From positions 17,732,001 through 17,796,000 of the forward strand of contig CM106586.1 in the NCBI GenBank assembly GCA_048013815.1: a DNA stretch of 64,000 bases. Reading direction: 5' to 3'. A model generated the notes under the pieces. That model ran no database searches. It was not told where the DNA came from and worked only from the letters and a program-made list of their open reading frames with translations. The position numbers and the translations under genes are program-made. This document shows positions 31,380 through 40,019 of this stretch, piece by piece (the first letter of the stretch is position 1; every line of letters starts with the position of its first letter). The DNA comes from Setoptus koraiensis (lineage: Eukaryota; Animalia; Arthropoda).

Positions 31380-31928
31380 TTATTGTCTGTTGCCTCCGAG
31401 TGCTCCCTCGCGTGCCAACCTATCAGCGGCCTCATTTCCCGGATTTTTGCTGTGCCCGGCAACTTTCTCAAATGTTACATTAATACCATCCATTGAGCTT
31501 TTCAGATGTAAAAAATCTTGCTTGTTTATGACTTCTTTATTTTGTGAGTTGATGTACCCGTTTCTTTCCCAATTGGGCATCCATTTCTCCACGGAATCCT
31601 TAAGAAATTGGCTGTCGGTTTTCACAGTGACTGAGCTGTAACCCTCATTTTTTGCTTGTTGTATGCCTCGTGAAGCAGCTTGTATCTCAGCGCGATTATT
31701 AGTTGCCCGACCTGACAACCTTTCGCCGACGTTATTGGGATGACCCTCGCCCCAATAAACGCCGATACCTGCCGATGTGGCTCCTTGTCCGTTCTTTGGG
31801 CAAGAACCGTCGGTGTATATTGTTGCGTGTCTGTTTCTATTCATTCTGTTGAAGTTTGAGCTACCTCTTTTGATGACTGGCAAAGTAGTGTGTAGGGCGG
31901 ATTTGAGACTGAAGTTTGCTTGCTGCAT
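31380..31928 (-). CDS. RNASEH1: Ribonuclease H1 (catalytic domain only)
   Basis: 'IYTDGSC..NG....AGIGVYWG', 'TNNRAEIQAA', 'VKTDSQF...WMPNWERNG', 'VAGHS..PGNEAADRLAREGA'; all D-E-D-H-D catalytic residues present. Confidence 0.92.
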   Translation of the reverse strand: MQQANFSLKSALHTTLPVIKRGSSNFNRMNRNRHATIYTDGSCPKNGQGATSAGIGVYWGEGHPNNVGERLSGRATNNRAEIQAASRGIQQAKNEGYSSVTVKTDSQFLKDSVEKWMPNWERNGYINSQNKEVINKQDFLHLKSSMDGINVTFEKVAGHSKNPGNEAADRLAREGALGGNRQ

Positions 31929-32272
31929 GAGAACCTCTCAGTATTAGATAAATATTCAAATGATTGCATTCATCAACAGATGCCGGATTGGTTGATGCAC
32001 GAGCAACATTCAATTTTACGCCTGCCCGCCAGCTGGCTTGTCAATTACTGCTTCTCTAGATGTCCTGTAGAGTGCGCTAAAAGTTCAAGCGGAGGAACTT
32101 TATAAATCAGCCGGTTGCATTGATGCCAACATTCGTATTTGATTGGTCGATTGTTGCAACTTACAATACTTTATTTTGTAATCAGGTATTGTTGAAATAC
32201 TGTAAATCTACTTTCTCCTCATAACCTTTCCAAATACCATAGACTGACATTTAACTCACAGGATAGCCAAAG

Positions 32273-33325
32273 ATGAGTCAAGCATCACATTCCAGGAATA
32301 ATGACCGGGCATCTGGAAATAAAGACTTCAGTGCCGATGTCGCCAACCATTATAACAGTATAGAACAAACTTCAACTAGGGACAGGAGACAATCTCGAAT
32401 AATTGATTTGAGAAATTTCAACAATGCAACAAAAGACTATCTTCTTACTAAAACATTCGTGATGCTCCAGTCTAAATTTGAATCAACTCAATTCAAAGTT
32501 TTAGACATGTGCTGTGGTAAAGGAGGGGATCTTCTGAAGTACATTAATAAAAATGTAGGTTACCTCTTAGGAGCAGACATAGCCGACGTTTCGATCGAAC
32601 AAGCCAAGGGACGCTACGAGAACGCAAAGGGCAGAATGAAGTTTACTTCAGATTTTATTGTTTCGGATCTCACAAAAGACAATCTGAGAGAAAAAGTGGA
32701 AAAGGTTCTAAAGGACAAATCCACACTATTTCATATTGCCTCGGCTCAGTTCTGCATCCATTACAGCTACGAATCTATGGAACAGGCTGTGCAATTTATC
32801 AAAAATGCTCATAGTAATTTAGAACGTTTTGGTTTTATCGTTGGCACATATCCTGATGGACCTAAGCTCCACAAACTAGCCAGCATCAATAATGGAGTTT
32901 ATGAGGTGGAAGATCGTTTAAAAGTTGAGTTTAAGCAAGTGAAACTGAAACCAAAAGCATTTGGAACCAAGTATCATTTCTTCTTGGAGGGCGTAGTGGA
33001 CTGTCCAGAATTTGTTGTTCATCCAGATGTAATGAGATTACTTTTTGAAAAAAACGGTTTCATGTTTGTATATGACTACTCATTTGCGGAGTTTGTTCAA
33101 AATGAAAAAGATAAGATTAAAGATACCTATAGGAAATTTAGCCACTCATTGAAGAAAGTTCATAGAAAGGAGGTCGGTTCGAATCCTGAATACGAGCATC
33201 TCAGTGAATATTTGCAAAAAATGCCCAAAGATGAAGACGGCCGAAGTTCAGGTTTCGGTACATTGCCGAAGAGCACTTGGAACATCGCCTCCGTATACAG
33301 AGTTTTTTGTTATAGGAAGATATAG
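32273..33325 (+). CDS. RNMT: mRNA cap guanine-N7 methyltransferase
   Basis: 'VANHYNS...RRQSRIIDLRNFNN', SAM motif 'VLDMCCGKGGDLLKY', 'FCIHYSYES', 'FGTKYHFFLEGVVDCPEFVV'. AATAAA at 33340-33345. Confidence 0.95.
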   Translation: MSQASHSRNNDRASGNKDFSADVANHYNSIEQTSTRDRRQSRIIDLRNFNNATKDYLLTKTFVMLQSKFESTQFKVLDMCCGKGGDLLKYINKNVGYLLGADIADVSIEQAKGRYENAKGRMKFTSDFIVSDLTKDNLREKVEKVLKDKSTLFHIASAQFCIHYSYESMEQAVQFIKNAHSNLERFGFIVGTYPDGPKLHKLASINNGVYEVEDRLKVEFKQVKLKPKAFGTKYHFFLEGVVDCPEFVVHPDVMRLLFEKNGFMFVYDYSFAEFVQNEKDKIKDTYRKFSHSLKKVHRKEVGSNPEYEHLSEYLQKMPKDEDGRSSGFGTLPKSTWNIASVYRVFCYRKI

Positions 33326-33451
33326 GACATTTAAAGATTAATAAAAACGATATCACATGTTGTGATCTCTAAAGACGTGTTAGTCCGTGTCCTGAGCTTT
33401 GCATGAATTAGTGCGTACATATGGGTATCAACTTTGAGTTCATCAAAAATA

Positions 33452-34201
33452 TGTAGAGATCGCGGACAGTGGAAGCGTGTTTAGTATGTGACTGGGTAGA
33501 TGGCGTGAGGTCTGCTGATGTGAGATCGAGTAAGGTAAGGTATGCTGATGTGAGGTCGAGTACGGTAAGGCCAGTTGTGGTGAGGTCGAGTACGGTAAGG
33601 CCGGTTGTGGTGAGGTCGAGTACGGTAAAGCCGGTTGTGGTGAGGTCGAGTACGGTAAAGCCGGTTGTGGTGAGGTCGAGTACGGTAAAGCCGGTTGTGG
33701 TGAGGTCGAGCAAGGTAAGGCCTGTTTTGGTGAGGCTGCTGGAGGTAAGGCCTGTTTTGGTGAGGCCGCTGGAGGTAAGGCCTGTTTTGGTGAGGCTGCT
33801 GGAGGTAAGGCCTGTTTTGGTGAGGCTGCTGGAGGTAAGGCCTGTTTTGGTGAGGCCGCTGGAGGTAAGGCCTGTTTTGGTGAGGCCGCTGGAGGTAAGG
33901 CCTGTTTTGGTGAGGCCGAGGAAGGTAAGGCCTGTTGACGAGTGATGGGTTAGGGATTCGGTATGTAAGAGTTTATAATAGTACTTTATTGGTGACCTAC
34001 GATATAATGACAATGAAACAATAAAATCGGGTTGTATTTATACTAATTGCCCTGATGCTCCCTCTGACGGGAGAGGTTTACAACTGGTGGCGACTACTGG
34101 TGGCGACACTTGGTGGCGACACTTGGTGGCGACAGCTGGTGGCGACAATCTATTGCACCGCATGGATGTAATGTCTGTGCATGCGGGTTCGGATCATCAC
34201 A
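33452..34201 (-). repeat. 3' LTR (750 bp, TG...CA)
   Basis: Direct repeat of 39390-40019. Contains 14 x 30-bp units (33511-33930) and 5 x 13-bp units (34083-34147). Confidence 0.92.
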
Positions 34202-34203
34202 GT

Positions 34204-34216
34204 CCACCCTCTTTTT
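34204..34216 (-). other. Polypurine tract AAAAAGAGGGTGG
   Basis: Purine run on the element strand, 2 nt before the TG of the 3' LTR. Confidence 0.85.
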
Positions 34217-34219
34217 GGG

Positions 34220-35745
34220 TTAGGGGTTAAATCTTCCTGGCCTCTTAAGGGTTGTTCTCTCCCTAAGAGTTCTGGTGGGCCCTGGTGGTGGCTGTATTAT
34301 GATAGGTGGTGGTATGATAGGATCCGGCGGTTGTGGTTCCTCTGCAGGTGTATGGTCCTCCTCTGCTGGACGTAGTGTTACGTCGTTCCCGGGACTAAGT
34401 TCGATCATGGTTTCGTTATCACTTTGGGCGGAATGGAAGGACTCGTCCGCTGAATCGTAGGATTCGGGAATGCAAGATGGCCTTGGGGTCGATCCTTGGT
34501 TCGCGGCGAATGAGAACGCGTCTGATGGCATCTCGAGGTTGTCTTCGGGCTCCTCTTCTCTATCGTGCCGGGCATATAACCAATCCCTGTGGCCGTCCAC
34601 GGTGAGGACTTGGGGGTCGTTGTGTGAGATGATTGGAGGTGTGATTATCGGTAACGGTTGTTTTCGGCGAGTACCTGCTGTTGTGGGGATGTGATTTCGG
34701 GTATTCGTTCCTGTGGATCCATCCAAGTCAATGACTTGGCGTTGATGGAGAACGCTGGGATTTGTGGTTGTTCCATAAGTTGGGAAGTTTGGTACCGAAT
34801 CTGGGTCGGTCTGTATACTTGATATCGGTTCGTTGTGATCAGGGACTCGGCCTGTAGGTGCTGGGACCTGGTTTGTCGGTGCTGGGACCTTGTTTGTTGG
34901 TGCTGGGACCTGGTTTTCAGGGACTTGGCCTGATTGCGCTAGGGCTTGGCTAGCTTCGTTGTCATGGGTTGACTGATGATAGGTGTCTGAGGCTGGGTCA
35001 GACTGTGCTAGGACTGGGCTAGCTTCGTCGATAGGAGAGTCGTCGTAGAATTCTGAGACTGGGTCAGATTGTGAGGGACGAGCAGTTCCTGTTCCCGTTC
35101 TTGGTGCTTGAGGATTGTCCTCGGAGAGTTGCGCCAGAGTTTGCGCTATGTTTTGATTGTTGGATCCTTCCCTGAGTCTGTAGGGTTTTATGTCTTGTAA
35201 GGAGACGGACTTATTTCTGAGGTTTCTTAAGTCTAATACTATAGCGAATCTAGGTTCGCCTTCTGGTTCAGTTGGTAGTTTGAGGATGATCGCGGGACCA
35301 TCCCACTTGTAAGAAAATTTGGATACCTCGTCCTGGCGGACGGTATGTTGTTTGAGAAGGACCGGTTGACCCACGTGGAACTTGGCACGAGGATGGTCAC
35401 GATCGTGGAATCGTTTCTGGGTTTCTTTGGCCTTCTTGTTGTGGAAGACTATGTCTCGCCGTATTATTTGTCGGGATTCAGAGCTGTGAAGAGGATTGGA
35501 GGGTACGAGGTTTAATGGCGTCCTAGGTCTGTACCCGAACATGACCTCGTGGGGTGAGTATTTGAGGGATTCCTGAAAGGTGGTATTGTATACGAACAGA
35601 GCCCAACGGAGGTGTTCGTCCCAACGGTGTTGGTGCTGGTTGACATAGTTTCGTAGGATTTTCACAAGGGATCCGTTGAACCTCTCATCCATCCCGTTCG
35701 CCCTTGGATGGTATGGGGTAGTGAACTGGTTGGTGATTCTCTGTG
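34220..35745 (-). pseudogene. Integrase C-terminal fragment (third catalytic Glu, GPY/F-like region, long P/S/T tail), out of frame with pol
   Basis: 'FTTPYHPRANGMDERFNGSL...WDEHL..ALFVYNTT...YSPHEVMFGYRPR' and 'YKWDGP'. No HHCC zinc domain or first two Asp motifs. The left junction position is approximate. Confidence 0.85.
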
Positions 35746-38342
35746 GGATCGCTGGTGTCATGGTATACCTGTTGCATGAAGTATAAGGCATCGTCTCTTA
35801 TCTCGAACTGTTCCAAGGAATCGATGTCTTCGATTATCTTGAGCAGATCCGGGTCTTTTCCTTGTTCTTCCAACGATATACGTTTAAATGCAAGGAGCTT
35901 CTGGACTCGAGGGCAGAGGACGGACTTAGCCATCTTGTCCGCTTCTTCATTCCCGGGGTCATTGCAATGTCCTTTTGTGTATACCCAATCTATGGTGAGA
36001 TTCTGTTTGGCTCTTGCTAGTTCCAGGATAAGGGATTCGTTTGTCAGGGCTTTGTTCCTATTGTTCTTAAATCCTGCTGTGGTCCATCTGTCGAGCCATG
36101 TGGTTACCGCGTTTATCACGTACTTGCTATCTGATACAATAGTGATTGTTTTCCATTTCTGTTCGTTCGCGATGCGGCAGGCTTGTATAGCGGCGGTCAT
36201 CTCTCCGGTCTGGTTCGAAGGATTGTTCTTGACCTCTCCTTTACAGGAGAGCGAAGGGAACTTGGGAATGTGAACAGCCCAACTAGCACGACATGTGGGT
36301 TTTCCGTTGTGGTAAGAGGCCCCATCTATGTAGAGGACTGCTTCGGGTGGCGTTTTCCCGAGCAGGGACTGCTGTATTTGCTGTGTAGGTACGGGTTCAA
36401 CCACTTTGAATTTGGGGGAGACGTTGGGAGGTAGGTGTAGCATTAAGTTCTCGACCCTCTTGGGCTTATGTTTGAGGTTGAATGCTTTCTGTAGTTCCCT
36501 GGACTGGGTGACGAAGGTGGTCTTCGTTTCGGATAGAATAGGCCCGAACTTGTCGTATGCTAGGACCAGTGCAAGGAGGTTCTTCTCTACATTGGTGTAG
36601 TTGAGCTCTGATGCCGACAATGTCTTGCTGGCTCGTTCGAGGAGGTTGTTGTCCCCGTCGTAGCAGGCCACGTCGATTGATGCCTCGAGGGTATGGATGT
36701 GGACTTCCTTGTCTGATTCCTTGATCGGGATTTGCTGAGGTTTGGCTCCCTTTAGGATGGATTTGATGGTGTCGAGTGCTTGTTGATGGATTTCGGTCCA
36801 TTTAAATTGCTCATCCTTGGAGAGTAGAAGGTTAAGGGGATGAGTGAGTTCCGAGTACCTTGGAATGAAGCGGGCGTAGTAGACTAGGCTACCTAGTAGG
36901 GACCTGACCTCGTGGCGTGATTGTGGAGTATTGTTGGAGTTGAGAAAATCCAGGTGCTCGGGAATCGGTTGCATACCTTCACTGCTGACCTTCTTGCCCA
37001 AGAAGTCTATTTGGGTTTGGAAGAAATGACATTTTGAGGGGTTGATTTTGAGGTTGTATTGTCTGGCACGAATCAGGACCCACTTGAGGTTCGAGTTGTG
37101 TTCTTCTGGTGTCCTGCCGAATACCAGTATATCGTCGATGTACACTAGGCATCGTTCCCCTATTCCGCCTGCGAATATGGTATTCATGATTCTCTGGAAT
37201 ATGGCTGGGGAGTTAGTGAACCCGAAGGGTAAGCACTTATACTGCCAAAGCCCTGTGGGACTTGCAAAGGCGAAGAACTTCCTGGTTTTTGGTTGGAGTT
37301 TAACCTGATGGAATCCTTCTGTGGCGTCCAGCGAACTGAAGTACTTAGCTCCTTGGATGTGCAGCATCATGTCATTGAGGTTTGGTAAGGGATACTGGTC
37401 CCTTACGGTGGCTTGGTTAAGAGGGATGTAATTTACGACGAGTCTTCTCTTGCCATTCTTCTTGGCTACTGTTCTGCAATTTGCTAGGTATGGTGACTGC
37501 GAGGGCTCGATTATTCCGTTCTCTAGGAGCCTCGTTACTTGATCTTCGACCTGCTTTGCGTCTTCGAGGCTATGACGTTTTACCTTCGCGGATATGGGCC
37601 GGTAGTGTTGCAGGTTGATGTCTGGGAGTGGAAGTCGGATGTAGGAACCTCTAAGTTCGTCCGCGAAAACATCTTTGAAAGTATCCTTGAGGCACGCGAT
37701 TTCGTTGTTTGGGTTCGGGAACTGATTAGAGGAGCGGACTGTGATGTATGGTTTCCCTGGTTGAGGGGTATTTATTAAACGTTCTTTCGGAGTAGTACAA
37801 AGGTTTGGTAACTCGGTTGAGGCTGCGAGTGTTTCCTTCTGTGATGTTGAATGGTTTGTGTTCATTCCCGTGCCGGGTTTTGTTCCTGAGGATAGGGCCC
37901 AATTTACTTTAGCTGGTAAGGAATCGAACGATAGGGATCCTTTGAGTTTGTAAAGTAGTGATATCCCTACGACTAGGTCGCATCCTAGTACCTTGGAAGT
38001 GAGGTCGTTGAGTATGAGGAACTCCTCCATTATTGGGACTTGGTTGCTGTTTAGAGGTTTGATGAGTAGTTTGGTGGACTTGGAGATATGTATGGCGTGA
38101 TCTGCGGTTTGAGCTACGATGTTCACAGGTTTTAGGACGTTCTCGATCTCTCTCAGGATTCTGCCTTGACCCGGGATGAATGATGTTGTTGCTCCGCAGT
38201 CAATGACTCCTTTGAGAGGTATTCCTTGTATGAGAAAGGTTTCGGTGATAAGATCTTTGTGAACATCATCAAGGCACGATATGATGTGCTTTGTGGGTTT
38301 GGCCGAATTGCCTTGTAGATTCAGCGACCCCTGAAGTTTAAA
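35685..38342 (-). CDS. pol: pol: aspartic protease, reverse transcriptase, degenerate RNase H (tether), second intact RNase H
   Basis: ORF 35685..38399, entered by -1 frameshift at 38342-38336. Motifs DCG, YIDD, tether 'RASKTLSASELNYTNVEKNLLALV', then RNase H 'LYIDGAS...GEMTAA...VSDSKY...KGH...GNEEADKMA'. Confidence 0.92.
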   Translation of the reverse strand, partial: FKLQGSLNLQGNSAKPTKHIISCLDDVHKDLITETFLIQGIPLKGVIDCGATTSFIPGQGRILREIENVLKPVNIVAQTADHAIHISKSTKLLIKPLNSNQVPIMEEFLILNDLTSKVLGCDLVVGISLLYKLKGSLSFDSLPAKVNWALSSGTKPGTGMNTNHSTSQKETLAASTELPNLCTTPKERLINTPQPGKPYITVRSSNQFPNPNNEIACLKDTFKDVFADELRGSYIRLPLPDINLQHYRPISAKVKRHSLEDAKQVEDQVTRLLENGIIEPSQSPYLANCRTVAKKNGKRRLVVNYIPLNQATVRDQYPLPNLNDMMLHIQGAKYFSSLDATEGFHQVKLQPKTRKFFAFASPTGLWQYKCLPFGFTNSPAIFQRIMNTIFAGGIGERCLVYIDDILVFGRTPEEHNSNLKWVLIRARQYNLKINPSKCHFFQTQIDFLGKKVSSEGMQPIPEHLDFLNSNNTPQSRHEVRSLLGSLVYYARFIPRYSELTHPLNLLLSKDEQFKWTEIHQQALDTIKSILKGAKPQQIPIKESDKEVHIHTLEASIDVACYDGDNNLLERASKTLSASELNYTNVEKNLLALVLAYDKFGPILSETKTTFVTQSRELQKAFNLKHKPKRVENLMLHLPPNVSPKFKVVEPVPTQQIQQSLLGKTPPEAVLYIDGASYHNGKPTCRASWAVHIPKFPSLSCKGEVKNNPSNQTGEMTAAIQACRIANEQKWKTITIVSDSKYVINAVTTWLDRWTTAGFKNNRNKALTNESLILELARAKQNLTIDWVYTKGHCNDPGNEEADKMAKSVLCPRVQKLLAFKRISLEEQGKDPDLLKIIEDIDSLEQFEIRDDALYFMQQVYHDTSDPTENHQPVHYPIPSKGERDG

Positions 38343-39316
38343 CGGTTTGGCCGGCTGGGGCAGTCTGCGTTCCAGTGGTCCCCTTCGCAGTAATAACATG
38401 GTGTTGGTGGCGGACGGTTTGCTCGAGCAGGTGCGCGTTCCTCGTTTCTATAGTTCTGGCGGAATGGGACTCGGGAGTTTCCTTGGTTTAGCGCTGCCGC
38501 TGCGGGTCCTTTATTGTAGGAACTAGGTTGTTCCTTCTCGTCCTCATTTGTTGCTCGTACTGTTTGCTTCTTGAAGGCTGCGAGTATTTCCTCGTTTTGC
38601 TTCTCCTGTTTGGCAACTAGATCTTTAACCACACTTGACATAAGTTCCTTGAATTGGTTTACGTCGAGCCCATGGGACGTTTTCGGGTCCGGGACTTCGG
38701 GTTCTTGGTCGTAACGTCTGGTCAATTTCCTTAATGCTTCAACGGTTGTGACTTCCTTGAGGTCAGTCATCTGATTGATTTTGTGTCTTATGGCAGGACT
38801 GAGGCTTCTGACTATGGCTCGGACTGTTTCTGGTTCGTCCGCGCGGGGATAGGCTTTCTTGTATGTGTAAGAGTAATCGTCGAGGTATAGCGAGAGTGTT
38901 CCATATTTTTGTTGGTCGTAGGTCAGCTCGGTGAGCTTCTTGAATGATCGATCCTCCTGACTCTCTCCCGAGAATTGCTCGAGGATGAGTTTCTTGATGT
39001 CCTTCCAAGGCAAGTGTAGCTTGGGCCTGAGTGTTCCTTTAAACCACGCCCTTGCGGGATTGAGAAATGCTTTGTTGAGCAGTGCGGTCTTTTGATCATC
39101 TGGAAAGCTGCTTGTGAGTTGTTCCCATTTCTCGAGCCATTCGTGTATATTCTCATGTGGGGTGCCGGAAAATTGCGGAGGAGTGATGTGTAGCATAGCT
39201 GATGATAATGTCGCCGATGCCAATTGGCTGGTCACCTGAGTGAGGGACTCGGAAATTAGGGTCGTGAGTTCGGCTGCGTTCATTGTGATATTAGCTTGAG
39301 ATTCTTCGTTGGCCAT
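38321..39316 (-). CDS. gag: gag (capsid plus CCHC nucleocapsid), 331 aa
   Basis: 'PPQFSGTPHENIHEWL' capsid start and zinc knuckle 'CYYCEGDHWNADC'; begins about 50 nt after the PBS. Confidence 0.9.
   Translation of the reverse strand: MANEESQANITMNAAELTTLISESLTQVTSQLASATLSSAMLHITPPQFSGTPHENIHEWLEKWEQLTSSFPDDQKTALLNKAFLNPARAWFKGTLRPKLHLPWKDIKKLILEQFSGESQEDRSFKKLTELTYDQQKYGTLSLYLDDYSYTYKKAYPRADEPETVRAIVRSLSPAIRHKINQMTDLKEVTTVEALRKLTRRYDQEPEVPDPKTSHGLDVNQFKELMSSVVKDLVAKQEKQNEEILAAFKKQTVRATNEDEKEQPSSYNKGPAAAALNQGNSRVPFRQNYRNEERAPARANRPPPTPCYYCEGDHWNADCPSRPNRLNFRGR
38336..38342 (-). promoter_or_regulatory. -1 ribosomal frameshift slippery heptamer T TTA AAC
   Basis: X XXY YYZ in the gag frame (CGT TTA AAC), 4 codons before the gag stop. 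A -1 slip gives FKLQGSLNLQG, the pol frame. Confidence 0.85.
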
Positions 39317-39369
39317 GGTGATATCGTTGGGATTCGGGTGACTTAGGAGGATTGACGGACTGATGTTCT

Positions 39370-39387
39370 AACCACGCTCTGCTACCA
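39370..39387 (-). other. Primer-binding site TGGTAGCAGAGCGTGGTT (initiator tRNA-Met)
   Basis: 18 nt, 2 nt inside the 5' LTR boundary, complementary to the ...CTCTGCTACCA 3' end of animal tRNAi-Met. Confidence 0.9.
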
Positions 39388-39389
39388 AC

Positions 39390-40019
39390 TTTAGAGATCG
39401 CGGACAGTGGAAGCGTGTTTAGTATGTGACTGGGTAGATGGCGTGAGGTCTGCTGGTGTGAGATCGAGGAAGGTAAGGTCTGCTGATGTGAGGTCGAGTA
39501 AGGTAAAGCTGGTTGTGGTGAGGTCGAGTAAGGTAAGGCCTGTGGTGGTGAGGTCGCGTAAGGTAAGGCCTGTGGTGGTGAGGTCGAGTAAGGTAAAGAT
39601 GGTTGTGGTGAGGTCGAGCAAGGTAAGGCCTGTTTTGGTGAGGCCGCTGGAGGTAAGGCCTGTTTTGGTGAGGCCGAGGAAGGTAAGGCCTGTTTTGGTG
39701 AGGCCGAGGAAGGTAAGGCCTGTTTTGGTGAGGCCGAGGAAGGTAAGGCCTGTTGACGAGTGATGGGTTAGGGATTCTGTATGTAAGAGTTTATAATAGT
39801 ACTTTATTGGTGACCTACGATGTAATGACAATGAAACAATAAAATCGGGTTGTATTTATACTAATTGCCCTGATGCTCCCTCTGACGGGAGAGGTTTACA
39901 ACTGGTGGCGACAACTAGTGGCGACACTTGGTGGCGACACTTGGTGGCGACAACTGGTGGCGACAATCTATTGCACCGCATGGATGTAATGTCTGTGCAT
40001 GCGGGTTCGGATCATCACA
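39390..40019 (-). repeat. 5' LTR (630 bp)
   Basis: On the element strand: 5 x 13-bp U3 repeats (39901-39965), TATAAATA (39860-39853), AATAAA (39808-39803), then 10 x 30-bp units (39449-39748). It ends ...CTAAA rather than ...CTACA. Confidence 0.92.

Larger units (their letters stand above)
33452..40019 (-). mobile_element. Ty3/Gypsy LTR retrotransposon (gag, -1 frameshifted pol with PR-RT-tether-RNase H, internally deleted integrase, no env)
   Basis: Two LTRs, an 18-nt tRNAi-Met PBS, a PPT, gag with a CCHC knuckle, protease 'VIDCGATTSFI', RT 'LDATEGFHQ' and 'VYIDD', integrase tail 'TTPYHPRANG..ERFN'. No TSD found. Confidence 0.95.

Noticed and set aside
33408-34013. ORFs with 10-aa repeats on both strands of each LTR (33408..34013, 33469..33945, 39391..39831, 39407..39763)
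   Set aside because: They start at TTG/GTG rather than ATG, are open only because the 30-bp unit lacks stops, and do not connect to gag.
33511-34147. LTR tandem arrays as a CRISPR array
   Set aside because: The units are contiguous with no unique spacers, there are no cas genes, and the context is eukaryotic LTR.
31380-36344. The neighbouring host RNase H1 as the recent, direct donor of the element's second RNase H
   Set aside because: The proteins are colinear but strongly diverged and no DNA-level similarity is apparent; any capture is ancient.
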